64,000 nt of DNA from Candidatus Sulfomarinibacteraceae bacterium (GTDB taxonomy: Bacteria; Acidobacteriota; Thermoanaerobaculia; Thermoanaerobaculales; Sulfomarinibacteraceae). Below are positions 56,451 to 64,000 of the stretch, in pieces. Where the stretch lies: NCBI GenBank assembly GCA_963796455.1, contig CAWCLO010000004.1:960001-1024000 (forward strand), written 5' to 3'. Both the position numbers and the translations under genes were made by a program. Within the stretch, counting starts at the first letter, position 1; the number at the start of each line of letters is the position of its first letter. Below the pieces are notes generated by a model. That model was not told the origin of the DNA. It did not search any database and was given only the letters and a program-made list of their open reading frames with translations.

Positions 56451-57003
56451 CGCCGGTGGTTTCGTCTTTGAGCATCTCTTCCGGATCCGGGAGATCCTCG
56501 GCTCTCTCGAGCCCGAAGTGGACGAGAAACTCCTTGGATGTCCGGTAGAGAAACGGTTTGCCGACAACCTTTTTGCGACCGGCCATCCGCAAAAGCTTGC
56601 GTTCGATCAAGGTGCGAACAACGCTTGCCGAATTGGCGCCACGAATAAAGTTGACTTCCGGCAGTGTCACCGGTTGCCGATGGGCGACAACTGCGAGCAC
56701 TTCCAGAGCTGCCTGCGAAAGCCGCTGACGAGAGACAATCCCGTGAAAGGCACGCAAATAGACGTCGAGGCCGGGAGGGGTCACGCAACGCCAGCCATCA
56801 GCCACCTTTTCCAGTCGGAGACCGCTGTCAGGACGATCCCACGAGTCCTTGATCTCTTCGAGAACAGTCTTGATCTCGCTGGTTTCGGCCTGTTTCTCGC
56901 CGATGGCCTCCATCAGCGCGGTCATCGGCACCGGCCTGGATGCCGTGACAATTACCGACTCGATCACTGCCCTGAGTTCATCTTTATCCAATACCCGCTC
57001 CAT
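56443..57003 (-). CDS. scpB: SMC-Scp complex subunit ScpB
   Basis: LEKVADGW, LSQAALEVLAVVAHRQPVT, IRG.NS, GKPFLYRTS.EFL.HFGL. Confidence 0.95.
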   Translation of the reverse strand: MERVLDKDELRAVIESVIVTASRPVPMTALMEAIGEKQAETSEIKTVLEEIKDSWDRPDSGLRLEKVADGWRCVTPPGLDVYLRAFHGIVSRQRLSQAALEVLAVVAHRQPVTLPEVNFIRGANSASVVRTLIERKLLRMAGRKKVVGKPFLYRTSKEFLVHFGLERAEDLPDPEEMLKDETTGVN

Positions 57004-57763
57004 TGCGTTTCAGTTCGTCGATGTCGAGAGGACAATCGCCGGGACGTAAATAGATCTCTGCAAAGGCGCGTTCCTGCTCGGCAAAGATGCCGCGCATCCG
57101 CACCAATTCGAGGGTTGCCACCATCGCGGCGACGATTTCCTCCGGGTCCGACCGCGAATTCAGATGACGGAGAAGGGGCATCAACCCATCAGTTTTCACC
57201 CGTTCGTAGATGTCGGACATCTTCTGCTCGATGCTGTAGCGCAGCGGCATGACCTCGATCGGAGGCGGGTGTGATGCCGCAAAACGCTGCATGACATCGA
57301 GATAGGTTTCAGCCAGGACCTGGAGATCAATGTCTTCCCAATCGAGTTCGGTTTCCTGGTTGGTGCCGATGCCCGATGGAACATCGGCAGCCCAGACGCA
57401 GCGGCGGATGATGTCGGCATCGTGAAGATAGGATGCCAGTTCCTTGACCCTTCGATAGGCCAGCAGGCGCTCGACGAGTTCTTCGCGGGGATCCTCTTCG
57501 CCTTCGCTCACCGATGGCAACAGCATCTTTGATTTGAGGTGGAGCAGCCACGAGGCCATCCACAAGAAATCTCCCGCCCCATCCAGATCGAGTTCCTGCA
57601 GATCCTGGAGGTGGGCGTGGTACTGGTCGCAGATGCTGACGATCGGGATGTCGTAGATCGACACCTCGTTCTTCTTGATCAGGTGGAGCAGCAGATCGAG
57701 AGGTCCGCTGAACACACCCAACTCAACATCCGGCCCCAGGGGTTCTTCGTCAATTCGCGCCAT
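56984..57763 (-). CDS. scpA: Segregation/condensation protein A (kleisin)
   Basis: FSGPLDLLLHLIKKNE..IYDIPI, LKSKMLLP, DPREELVERL, A.LELVR. Confidence 0.95.
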   Translation of the reverse strand: MARIDEEPLGPDVELGVFSGPLDLLLHLIKKNEVSIYDIPIVSICDQYHAHLQDLQELDLDGAGDFLWMASWLLHLKSKMLLPSVSEGEEDPREELVERLLAYRRVKELASYLHDADIIRRCVWAADVPSGIGTNQETELDWEDIDLQVLAETYLDVMQRFAASHPPPIEVMPLRYSIEQKMSDIYERVKTDGLMPLLRHLNSRSDPEEIVAAMVATLELVRMRGIFAEQERAFAEIYLRPGDCPLDIDELKRNGAGIG

Positions 57764-57857
57764 GGCGGGGGATTATACAGGGATCCCTCTCCTTCCGTTC
57801 CCGAAATGGGGAAAGGGAGAAAGGGAGAAGGGGGGAAAGGGAGAACGACCGCCACAC

Positions 57858-57895
57858 GATACTCGATGCTCGATACTCGATACTGGATGCTTGAT
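57858..57895. repeat. Heptamer tandem repeat (GATRCTS)x5
   Basis: gatactc gatgctc gatactc gatactg gatgctt. Confidence 0.85.
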
Positions 57896-58098
57896 TTTAG
57901 ATCACAGCTATCCAAAATAAATCGTCATTTGAAGTTTTGCACCTGACAGCACCTGGTTTACGGGGTGGTTTTTGCCATATCCAGTTTGCGGTTTCCCCGC
58001 GTCCGCGTCCGCGTCCGTGCCCGAATTGCAGCGGCAGCGGTCAGGAGTCCAGGCGACGCAGTGGCCACCTCCGGGTCTTTCAACATAAGGAACAGCCG

Positions 58099-58153
58099 TT
58101 GTGGTGTAGGTGTCTCGCCTGCACACTGTGCGGCCGAGACGGCCGCACCACAA
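58099..58153. repeat. REP-like inverted doublet
   Basis: TTGTGGTGTAGGTGTCTCGCCTGCACA-C-TGTGCGGCCGAGACGGCCGCACCACAA; each arm is itself a small hairpin. Confidence 0.7.
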
Positions 58154-58454
58154 GGGCCGGAGCCCGAAGAAGTGAGTGCTGTTCGTTGTCCCGGCCGCTG
58201 ATTACTGACGCTGATGACTGCTTGCTGACGCTGTCGACCGTTCTCTGCCGCTGTCCCTGCACGCTATCAGAGACTCTGTCTTGGACAAGAGTGATGCTGG
58301 ATTCTGGATACCGAATCAGGTTGGCAGAGAGACGCAAGCGGACGGAGGAGCAGAGGGGGCCGTCGCTATCGCTATCGAATGGCCGCTGTGGATACCGTTG
58401 CTGAAAGGGAGACCGCTCGGCACCGATTCCCCACGCATGCGAATGCCGCCACCC

Positions 58455-58577
58455 GATGTCATCCTGAGCGCAGCCCCGCAGGGGGCGCAGTCGAAGGATC
58501 TATGAGATGGATCGCAATAACCTCGGACCGCAGATCCTTCGACTCCGCGCCAAAGGCGCTTCGCTCAGGATGACATC
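58455..58577. repeat. Palindromic REP/MITE-like element, copy 2 (inverted relative to 10614-10734)
   Basis: Same GATGTCATCCTGAGCG termini and GTCGAAGGATCT inner repeats; flanks TTCAA and GGG also shared. Confidence 0.9.
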
Positions 58578-58676
58578 TTGAAGGCCCATTCCCAAAATGG
58601 CGGAAGGTACCGAGCCGGAGGCGCGGGGGAGAAAGGGAGAACCGTACAGGTGAGGTCGTTCGTGATAAGGGCGGTG

Positions 58677-58754
58677 TCTCCCCTTCTCCCCTTCTCCCCT
58701 TCTCCCCTTCTCCCCTTCTCCCCTTCTCCCCTTCTCCCCTTCTCCCCTTCTCCC
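58677..58754. repeat. Tandem octamer (TCTCCCCT)x9 plus partial unit
   Basis: Nine exact copies; degenerate relatives at 57809-57845 (opposite strand) and 10866-10886. Confidence 0.95.
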
Positions 58755-58814
58755 TGTTACAATCCCGCGCGAGCAAACCAGGGGAGGCAGGAATTGGAAC
58801 ACTGGGACGGCCAA

Positions 58815-59389
58815 ATGGGCTTTTCGACCCCAACCCGCAACGCGAGGTGCCGCGGGACCAGAAGGTGGTGGTTTTCGATCTCGAGACCCAGCGGTCATTT
58901 GCCGAAGTCGGCGGCCGCAGCCAGTTTCACAAGCTCGGTGTTTCGGTCGGCGTCGCCTATCGATATGAACCGACGAATACCTGGTGGTCAAAGAGGATGA
59001 GATCGATCAGCTCATCACCTGGCTGCGCGAGGCCGATCTGGTGGTCGGCTACAACATCATCGGATTCGACTACGAGGTGCTCAGGGCCTATACCGACCAG
59101 GATCTCCAGAAGCTCCCGACCTTCGATTTGATGTACGACCTCGAGGAACGCCTCGGGTTTCCGACCAAAGCTCGACAGCGTCGCCTCGGCGACGCTGGGC
59201 ACCGGCAAATCGGCTGACGGGATGCAGGCGCTCGAGTGGTGGCGATTGGGTGAGGTGGACAAAATCATCGAATACTGCCGCGAGGACGTCAAGGTCACCA
59301 AGGACCTCTACGACTACGGCAAACGCAACCGCTGTGTCATGGTCTCGCGCTTTGGCGGCAAGCCCCGCAAGGTCGAAGTGAAATGGTGA
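58815..59389 (+). CDS. RNase H-like / 3'-5' exonuclease domain protein, YprB-like (three apparent frameshifts, ~58820, ~58968, ~59160)
   Basis: VVFDLETQ; VVGYNIIGFDY; KLDSVA.ATLG..KSADG.QA..WWR.G...KIIEYC.EDV.VT, distributed over different frames. Confidence 0.8.
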
Positions 59390-59404
59390 GTTGACCGGCT
59401 GTTT

Positions 59405-60730
59405 TCAGCGCAGGTATTCGAGGCACCTTTTCGCCATCAAGCTGCGAGACGGCAGGCCGATCCGGGCGAGAAGCCCGGCAGTTGGTTCGGGGTGTGATCC
59501 CAAGCCCGAAAGGACCGCCCGGAATTCGCGGGCCGCACGTTGTTTCTTTCCAACCTTGGCAAGGGCCTCTGCCAACAAAAAGCGGACCTCATCCATATCA
59601 GGCTCGAGATAAAGCGCCGCCCGATAGGCCTCGAGAGCGGCATCCATATCTCCGGTGCGTTCCCTTGCGATGCCCTCGAGGAGGTGGGTCAAAGCGTTTT
59701 CCGGAAAATCGTGGCGGATCGCATCGATGTGATCGATGGCCTCATCGAGTTTCGTACCGGCCTCCAAGACGGCCACGACCCTTTCGATCCTCCCGTCAAA
59801 ACCGGTTACTGAACCTGCTTCCGGGTTTGGAGCCGGACCCTTGACACGAATGATTGCCGGTTCGACGATCGCGCCACCATCCTCGAGCCCATTGCCTGCT
59901 TTGTCTGTCTCGGAGGCGGGAAAGGATTTGTGGCGGTACGCAAAGCAGGTTCCAAGGTCGTGGGCCCGAAGGTCGCAATCGAGATGGAGCAGGCTTTCGC
60001 TTGGACCGAGAAACAGGGAGCCGTCGCCCGCCAACGCGCGCGCGGCCGCCGCCACGACCTGTTTCTGGAGGGCCGGTCGGAAATATATCAATACATTGCG
60101 CAGGAAAACGATGTCGAAGGATCCAGGTGCCACATCGAGTTCAGGCTGGACGAGATTGAGATGGCGATAGGTGATGCGCCGCCGGAGTTCGGGGCGAAGC
60201 TCGAAACGATCTCCGACGGTGGCAAAATAGAGATCGAAGAGCTCGCTCGGCACCCTGGCGACCGCGCGGCGGCTGTAGAGCCCGCGACGGGCCTCCTCCA
60301 GTGCGTGGCCATCTACATCGGTGGCGAGAACATTCCAGTCCCAGCCCTTGAGCCCCGGGTGCTGATCGAGCACGATCGCAAGCGTGACAGCCTCCTCTCC
60401 GTGGGCACAGCCGGCGGACCAGACCCTCAACACGGTATTGCCTCGGCGTGTCGCCAAATCCTTGATGACCACATCTCTCAAAACATCGAGCTGAGCCTGT
60501 CCGCGGAAAAGATATGACTCTTTGATGGTGATGCGGTTGAGCAGGATTCTCCACTCATCGGAATCGGGATGTCGGCGCAGATAACTCACGTAGTCATCGA
60601 GGCTGCTGTGGCCGCCGATGGAGGCCCTCTCCCGGGCAAAGGCCTGCAATGCACCGAGATAACGATCGCGGATCACGAACCCAGTCGAAGACTCAATCAA
60701 TCGGGCGAGCCTTCGAGTCGATGGGCTCAT
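59405..60730 (-). CDS. cheR: CheR methyltransferase with C-terminal TPR (WspC/FrzF-like)
   Basis: TIKESYLFR, VWSAGCAHGEE, ATDVD, RNVLIYF; C-terminal YRAALYLEP TPR. Confidence 0.9.
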   Translation of the reverse strand: MSPSTRRLARLIESSTGFVIRDRYLGALQAFARERASIGGHSSLDDYVSYLRRHPDSDEWRILLNRITIKESYLFRGQAQLDVLRDVVIKDLATRRGNTVLRVWSAGCAHGEEAVTLAIVLDQHPGLKGWDWNVLATDVDGHALEEARRGLYSRRAVARVPSELFDLYFATVGDRFELRPELRRRITYRHLNLVQPELDVAPGSFDIVFLRNVLIYFRPALQKQVVAAAARALAGDGSLFLGPSESLLHLDCDLRAHDLGTCFAYRHKSFPASETDKAGNGLEDGGAIVEPAIIRVKGPAPNPEAGSVTGFDGRIERVVAVLEAGTKLDEAIDHIDAIRHDFPENALTHLLEGIARERTGDMDAALEAYRAALYLEPDMDEVRFLLAEALAKVGKKQRAAREFRAVLSGLGSHPEPTAGLLARIGLPSRSLMAKRCLEYLR

Positions 60731-61749
60731 TCAGCCTCCCCGGTGGCGACCGCGAGCAGGCGCCCGATCAGTGCCGGGGGCAACGCGAATGACACCGCGC
60801 CACGTTGGATCGCGGCCCGAGGCATCCCGAATACGGCGCATGAACTCATGTCCTGCGCAATTGTCAGGACCTTGGCCCGGCGCAGATCGGACATGGCTTC
60901 GGCCCCGTCAATCCCCATTCCCGAAAGCAGGACCGCGGCCACCCGATCCGCGGAGTGCTCGAGCAGGCTGCGAAAAAGCACGTCCACAGCTGGCCGGTGA
61001 CCTCCCGACGCGCTGCTCTCGGTGTCCAGCCGGACGACACCCCCGGGCGCGAGCATGGTGTGGCTACCGGGTGGCGCGACAAGGACCTGACCTCTCTGCA
61101 GCACGTCGCCGTCGGTTGCGACCCGGACATCCATTTTGAGATCCGAGGCCAACCACTCGGCAAAGATCGATTCGAAGCCACCGGTGATGTGCTGCACGAT
61201 CATGATCCCGAGGGAGGGTCGTGGACCGAGAGACTGCAGCAATTCGTGAACGGCCCCTGGACCGCCGGTGGAGGCGCCGACACAGAGGAACTCGAGCTGG
61301 CGACTTACCACCGGGGTTTCGTCAGGCTCATCCATACCGGTGACGCCATCGGTGGCAACGCAGCTCTCTGCCACTGATTTCCCGAGGCTCTGCCCCAGTT
61401 CCTCCCATTGCTTCGGCACCTCGGGTTTCGGGATGACCGCAACGACACCGTTTTCATGGGCCGCGAAGGCGATCTTTGTGAGCTCTCGATTCTGGTTTGG
61501 GGTGATCACAAAAATCGGAATTCTCCGGGTCGCCGTGATCGCATCCACCAGTGCCCTGCCTCCGAGCATCGGAAGATCGAGATCGAGTACCAGGGCATCC
61601 GGCAAATGTTTCGCCACCAATTCCACCGTCTCAGGGCCGTTGCCGGATTCGGCAACCACCGTGACACCTGGAGATTGATCGAGAAAGCGGCGGAGAACCG
61701 CCCGAACGGATGTGGAGCGATCGGCGATCAGGACTCGGACATCAGCCAT
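60727..61749 (-). CDS. cheB: CheB methylesterase with N-terminal receiver domain
   Basis: GASTGGP (Ser), VQHI (His), HRPAVDVLF, LSGMGIDGA (Asp), VFGMP. Confidence 0.93.
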   Translation of the reverse strand: MADVRVLIADRSTSVRAVLRRFLDQSPGVTVVAESGNGPETVELVAKHLPDALVLDLDLPMLGGRALVDAITATRRIPIFVITPNQNRELTKIAFAAHENGVVAVIPKPEVPKQWEELGQSLGKSVAESCVATDGVTGMDEPDETPVVSRQLEFLCVGASTGGPGAVHELLQSLGPRPSLGIMIVQHITGGFESIFAEWLASDLKMDVRVATDGDVLQRGQVLVAPPGSHTMLAPGGVVRLDTESSASGGHRPAVDVLFRSLLEHSADRVAAVLLSGMGIDGAEAMSDLRRAKVLTIAQDMSSCAVFGMPRAAIQRGAVSFALPPALIGRLLAVATGEAE

Positions 61750-63760
61750 GGCCGCCACCCACACGGCGGATGAGCGCCACCAATTCGCGGGCATCGAGCC
61801 CCTGTTTGGTCAGATACCCATCGGCCCCCGACTCAAGCCCCGCCAAACGGTCGGCGGGTCGATCCAGGGTCGACACCACGACGATCGGAAGATCCGCCAA
61901 ACCCTCGGTCTGCCGGAGTTTTCTCGTCAGATCAAGACCATCGATACCGGGCATCTCGATATCCGTCACCAGACAATCGAACGGATCCCCGGCCAGTGCC
62001 TCGAGCGCATCCTCGGCGCCACCGACACTGGTGACGACAAAGCCCGCATCTTCGAGAAGGCGTCGGATCATCTCTCGCGTGACATCGGAATCGTCCACCA
62101 ACAGGACGCGAATCGGCCGGGCGCCCCGGCCCGCGAGCGGCGGCAGATCACGATCTGGAAACTGCAGCGGTCCGATCTGTTGCAGGGACAGAACCGCCAC
62201 CGGTCGACCGGATGACAGCAGCGTGATGCCATCGATGCCGGCCGGTGCGCCGGCGGCCGCGGGAAGAGGATGGACGATCACCTCCTCCTCGGTGAGCACC
62301 GCGTCGGCCACGATGCCGATCACTCCGCCCCCGACAACCATCTCCACCAGGACTCCATTGATCGGAGGCGGTTCTCCCAACACATCGGCGAGGAAACGAG
62401 CGGTAATCGTTCGTCCCCCGATCACCGCCCGTCGACGGCCGTCAACCTCGGAGACGTTTTCTCTCGACACCCGCCGGTAGGCTCGTACCGGTGCCGCCGG
62501 GAGGGCGATTTGATGTCTGCCCACCTTGAGGACGAGGACCCTTTCGCCGCGCCGCGCCACCGGAACCTCCACTGTGAGCGATGTGCCCTTCCCGAATTCG
62601 GACTCCAACCATAGATCCCCGCCGACCGATCGGACCCTTGCCGCCACGGCGTCGAGACCGATTCCGCGTCCCGAAATCTCCGTCGTCTCTTCGATGGTTG
62701 AAAAGCCGGGCTCGAAAAGCAGGTGAAAGACCTCCGTCTGATCGAGGCCAGCGGCGGTATCAGGATCGACGATTTTGTGGCGGACGGCCTTTCGAACAAC
62801 CTCGTCGCGGTCGATGCCCCGGCCGTCATCGACGATTCGCATTCGCACTCGATCGCTTTCGCTGATGGCCTCGATCCGGATTCTGCCTGCCCTGTTTTTA
62901 CCGGCCAGTAGTCGCTCTTCGGGCCTTTCGATTCCATGATCGACTGCGTTGCGCACCAGATGGAGGAATGCTTCTCGGAGTGAATTGACGATCCGCCGGT
63001 CGAGATGTGCTTCACCGGCCTCAACCTCGATCTCGATCTCTTTGCCGATGGTGGTGCCGAGTTCACGGGCATGATCGGCGAGCCCGTGCAGAAAGGGTGT
63101 CAAGGGCTGTATCTGGAGGCGGAGGAGAGCGTCGAGTTGGCGGTCGCTGAGGCGACGAAAAATTCGTTGGCCGGTTTCGAACTCGATTCCGATCTGGCGA
63201 AGGGAGGTCGCGAGGGTTGCCAGGACCTGGATCGGCTCCGGTTCTGCCGTGCCCTGTTCGGCAAGGGTTGCAAGTCGAAAGATCCTCGATGCGAGTCCCT
63301 CCGCGGCCACAGCAACCACCCGTAAACGAGCTCCGCGATCGGCAAGATCATCGACAGTTTTCGAGGCGACCCGAAGCTCGTCGCGACCCATCGAACGGGC
63401 GCTGCTTTGCGGTTCCGGAGCTTGCGCCGAATGGGGCGATGAATCTTGTTGCTCACCGGGGACCGACAATTGATCCAGAGCTCGCCGAATTTCGAACACC
63501 CCTCGCTCGACCTCGGATATGGCGAGCCCGTCCATGTCCTCGAGAAGATCTTCCACCCGGTGGCACAAACCGGCGATCTCAACCAGACCCATCATCCGGC
63601 TCGCCCCTTTGAGGGCGTGCAGCTGGCGACTCACTTCGATCCGGGCCTGGCCGTCTCCCGCGAGGTCACCGATGAGCTCGGCGAGGCGTTCGAACCGTTC
63701 TCCCGACTCCTCGAGAAAGAGAGCCATGAGTTCGTCGTCGTCGCGTGGATTAGTGGGCAC
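61742..63760 (-). CDS. cheA: Hybrid CheA histidine kinase (Hpt-HATPase-CheW-REC)
   Basis: LHALKGASRMMG, HLVRNAVDHGIE, DDGRGID, GFST...ISGRGIGLD, C-terminal LLVDDS...TDIEMPGIDG; start approximate. Confidence 0.92.
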   Translation of the reverse strand: MPTNPRDDDELMALFLEESGERFERLAELIGDLAGDGQARIEVSRQLHALKGASRMMGLVEIAGLCHRVEDLLEDMDGLAISEVERGVFEIRRALDQLSVPGEQQDSSPHSAQAPEPQSSARSMGRDELRVASKTVDDLADRGARLRVVAVAAEGLASRIFRLATLAEQGTAEPEPIQVLATLATSLRQIGIEFETGQRIFRRLSDRQLDALLRLQIQPLTPFLHGLADHARELGTTIGKEIEIEVEAGEAHLDRRIVNSLREAFLHLVRNAVDHGIERPEERLLAGKNRAGRIRIEAISESDRVRMRIVDDGRGIDRDEVVRKAVRHKIVDPDTAAGLDQTEVFHLLFEPGFSTIEETTEISGRGIGLDAVAARVRSVGGDLWLESEFGKGTSLTVEVPVARRGERVLVLKVGRHQIALPAAPVRAYRRVSRENVSEVDGRRRAVIGGRTITARFLADVLGEPPPINGVLVEMVVGGGVIGIVADAVLTEEEVIVHPLPAAAGAPAGIDGITLLSSGRPVAVLSLQQIGPLQFPDRDLPPLAGRGARPIRVLLVDDSDVTREMIRRLLEDAGFVVTSVGGAEDALEALAGDPFDCLVTDIEMPGIDGLDLTRKLRQTEGLADLPIVVVSTLDRPADRLAGLESGADGYLTKQGLDARELVALIRRVGGGHG

Positions 63761-63841
63761 CGATCGCCAACCTCCATCGTGAGTGCGGCGCGCCACGCCT
63801 TCCGCAGTAATTGACGAGCGAGAAATAAAGTCTACGCAACC

Positions 63842-64000
63842 TCAGATTCTCGTCCAATTGGCCAGATTGACATCGACGCCGAGGGTGCCGGCAAGCTCCC
63901 CGTTTTGATCGTGAACTGCCATCGCTATGGTGAAGCATTGATTGCCTGTCAGCAGAGAGTCGTAGATCGGCGTGACCACCGAGCGCTCCTTCCGCGCCAC
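63842..64000 (-). CDS. 3' end of a gene ending in a Cache/PDC-like domain (probable chemoreceptor; truncated by window)
   Basis: VVTPIYDSLLTGNQCFTIAMAVHDQNGELAGTLGVDVN, open from base 64000, upstream of cheA. Confidence 0.6.
   Translation of the reverse strand: MARKERSVVTPIYDSLLTGNQCFTIAMAVHDQNGELAGTLGVDVNLANWTRI

Noticed and set aside
1..64000. tRNA, rRNA, transposase, integrase, prophage or defence genes
   Set aside because: None recognised by eye; tRNAscan-SE, cmscan and DefenseFinder were not run, so short RNA genes could have been missed.

Overview
GC-rich, gene-dense bacterial chromosomal window made mostly of core genes. These include serA/serC, lpxH, aroA, cmk-rpsA-HU, lpxB, rimO, ribF, gpmI, accA, lptC/A-lptB-rpoN-hpf-PTS(Ntr), miaB, a parA/parB-like pair, fused lptF/G, scpAB and a Wsp/Frz-like chemosensory cluster. 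Gene content and the repeat families suggest an Acidobacteriota (Thermoanaerobaculia-like) or deltaproteobacterial-type organism; this is inference only. I saw no rRNA, tRNA, CRISPR array or transposase. The three best signals do not appear in the ORF track. (1) An ~80-nt minus-strand sRNA candidate at ~8128-8206 has a perfect sigma-54 -24/-12 promoter, an anti-Shine-Dalgarno CU tract and an intrinsic terminator. It lies tail-to-tail with a giant sigma-54 activator gene. (2) A secreted DUF1573-like protein (16790-17917) has an in-frame TGA in an S-U-G-C-T motif followed by a SECIS-like hairpin, so it is probably a selenoprotein. (3) A XerCD dif-like site (51450-51477) sits where gene orientation and KOPS-like octamers converge. 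It is immediately flanked by a parA/parB-like pair and three DnaA-box-like repeats, with scpAB nearby. About 12 frameshifts in 48.1-51.0 kb and 58.8-59.2 kb are most likely sequencing or assembly indels. All calls come from motif recognition by eye; no searches were run.
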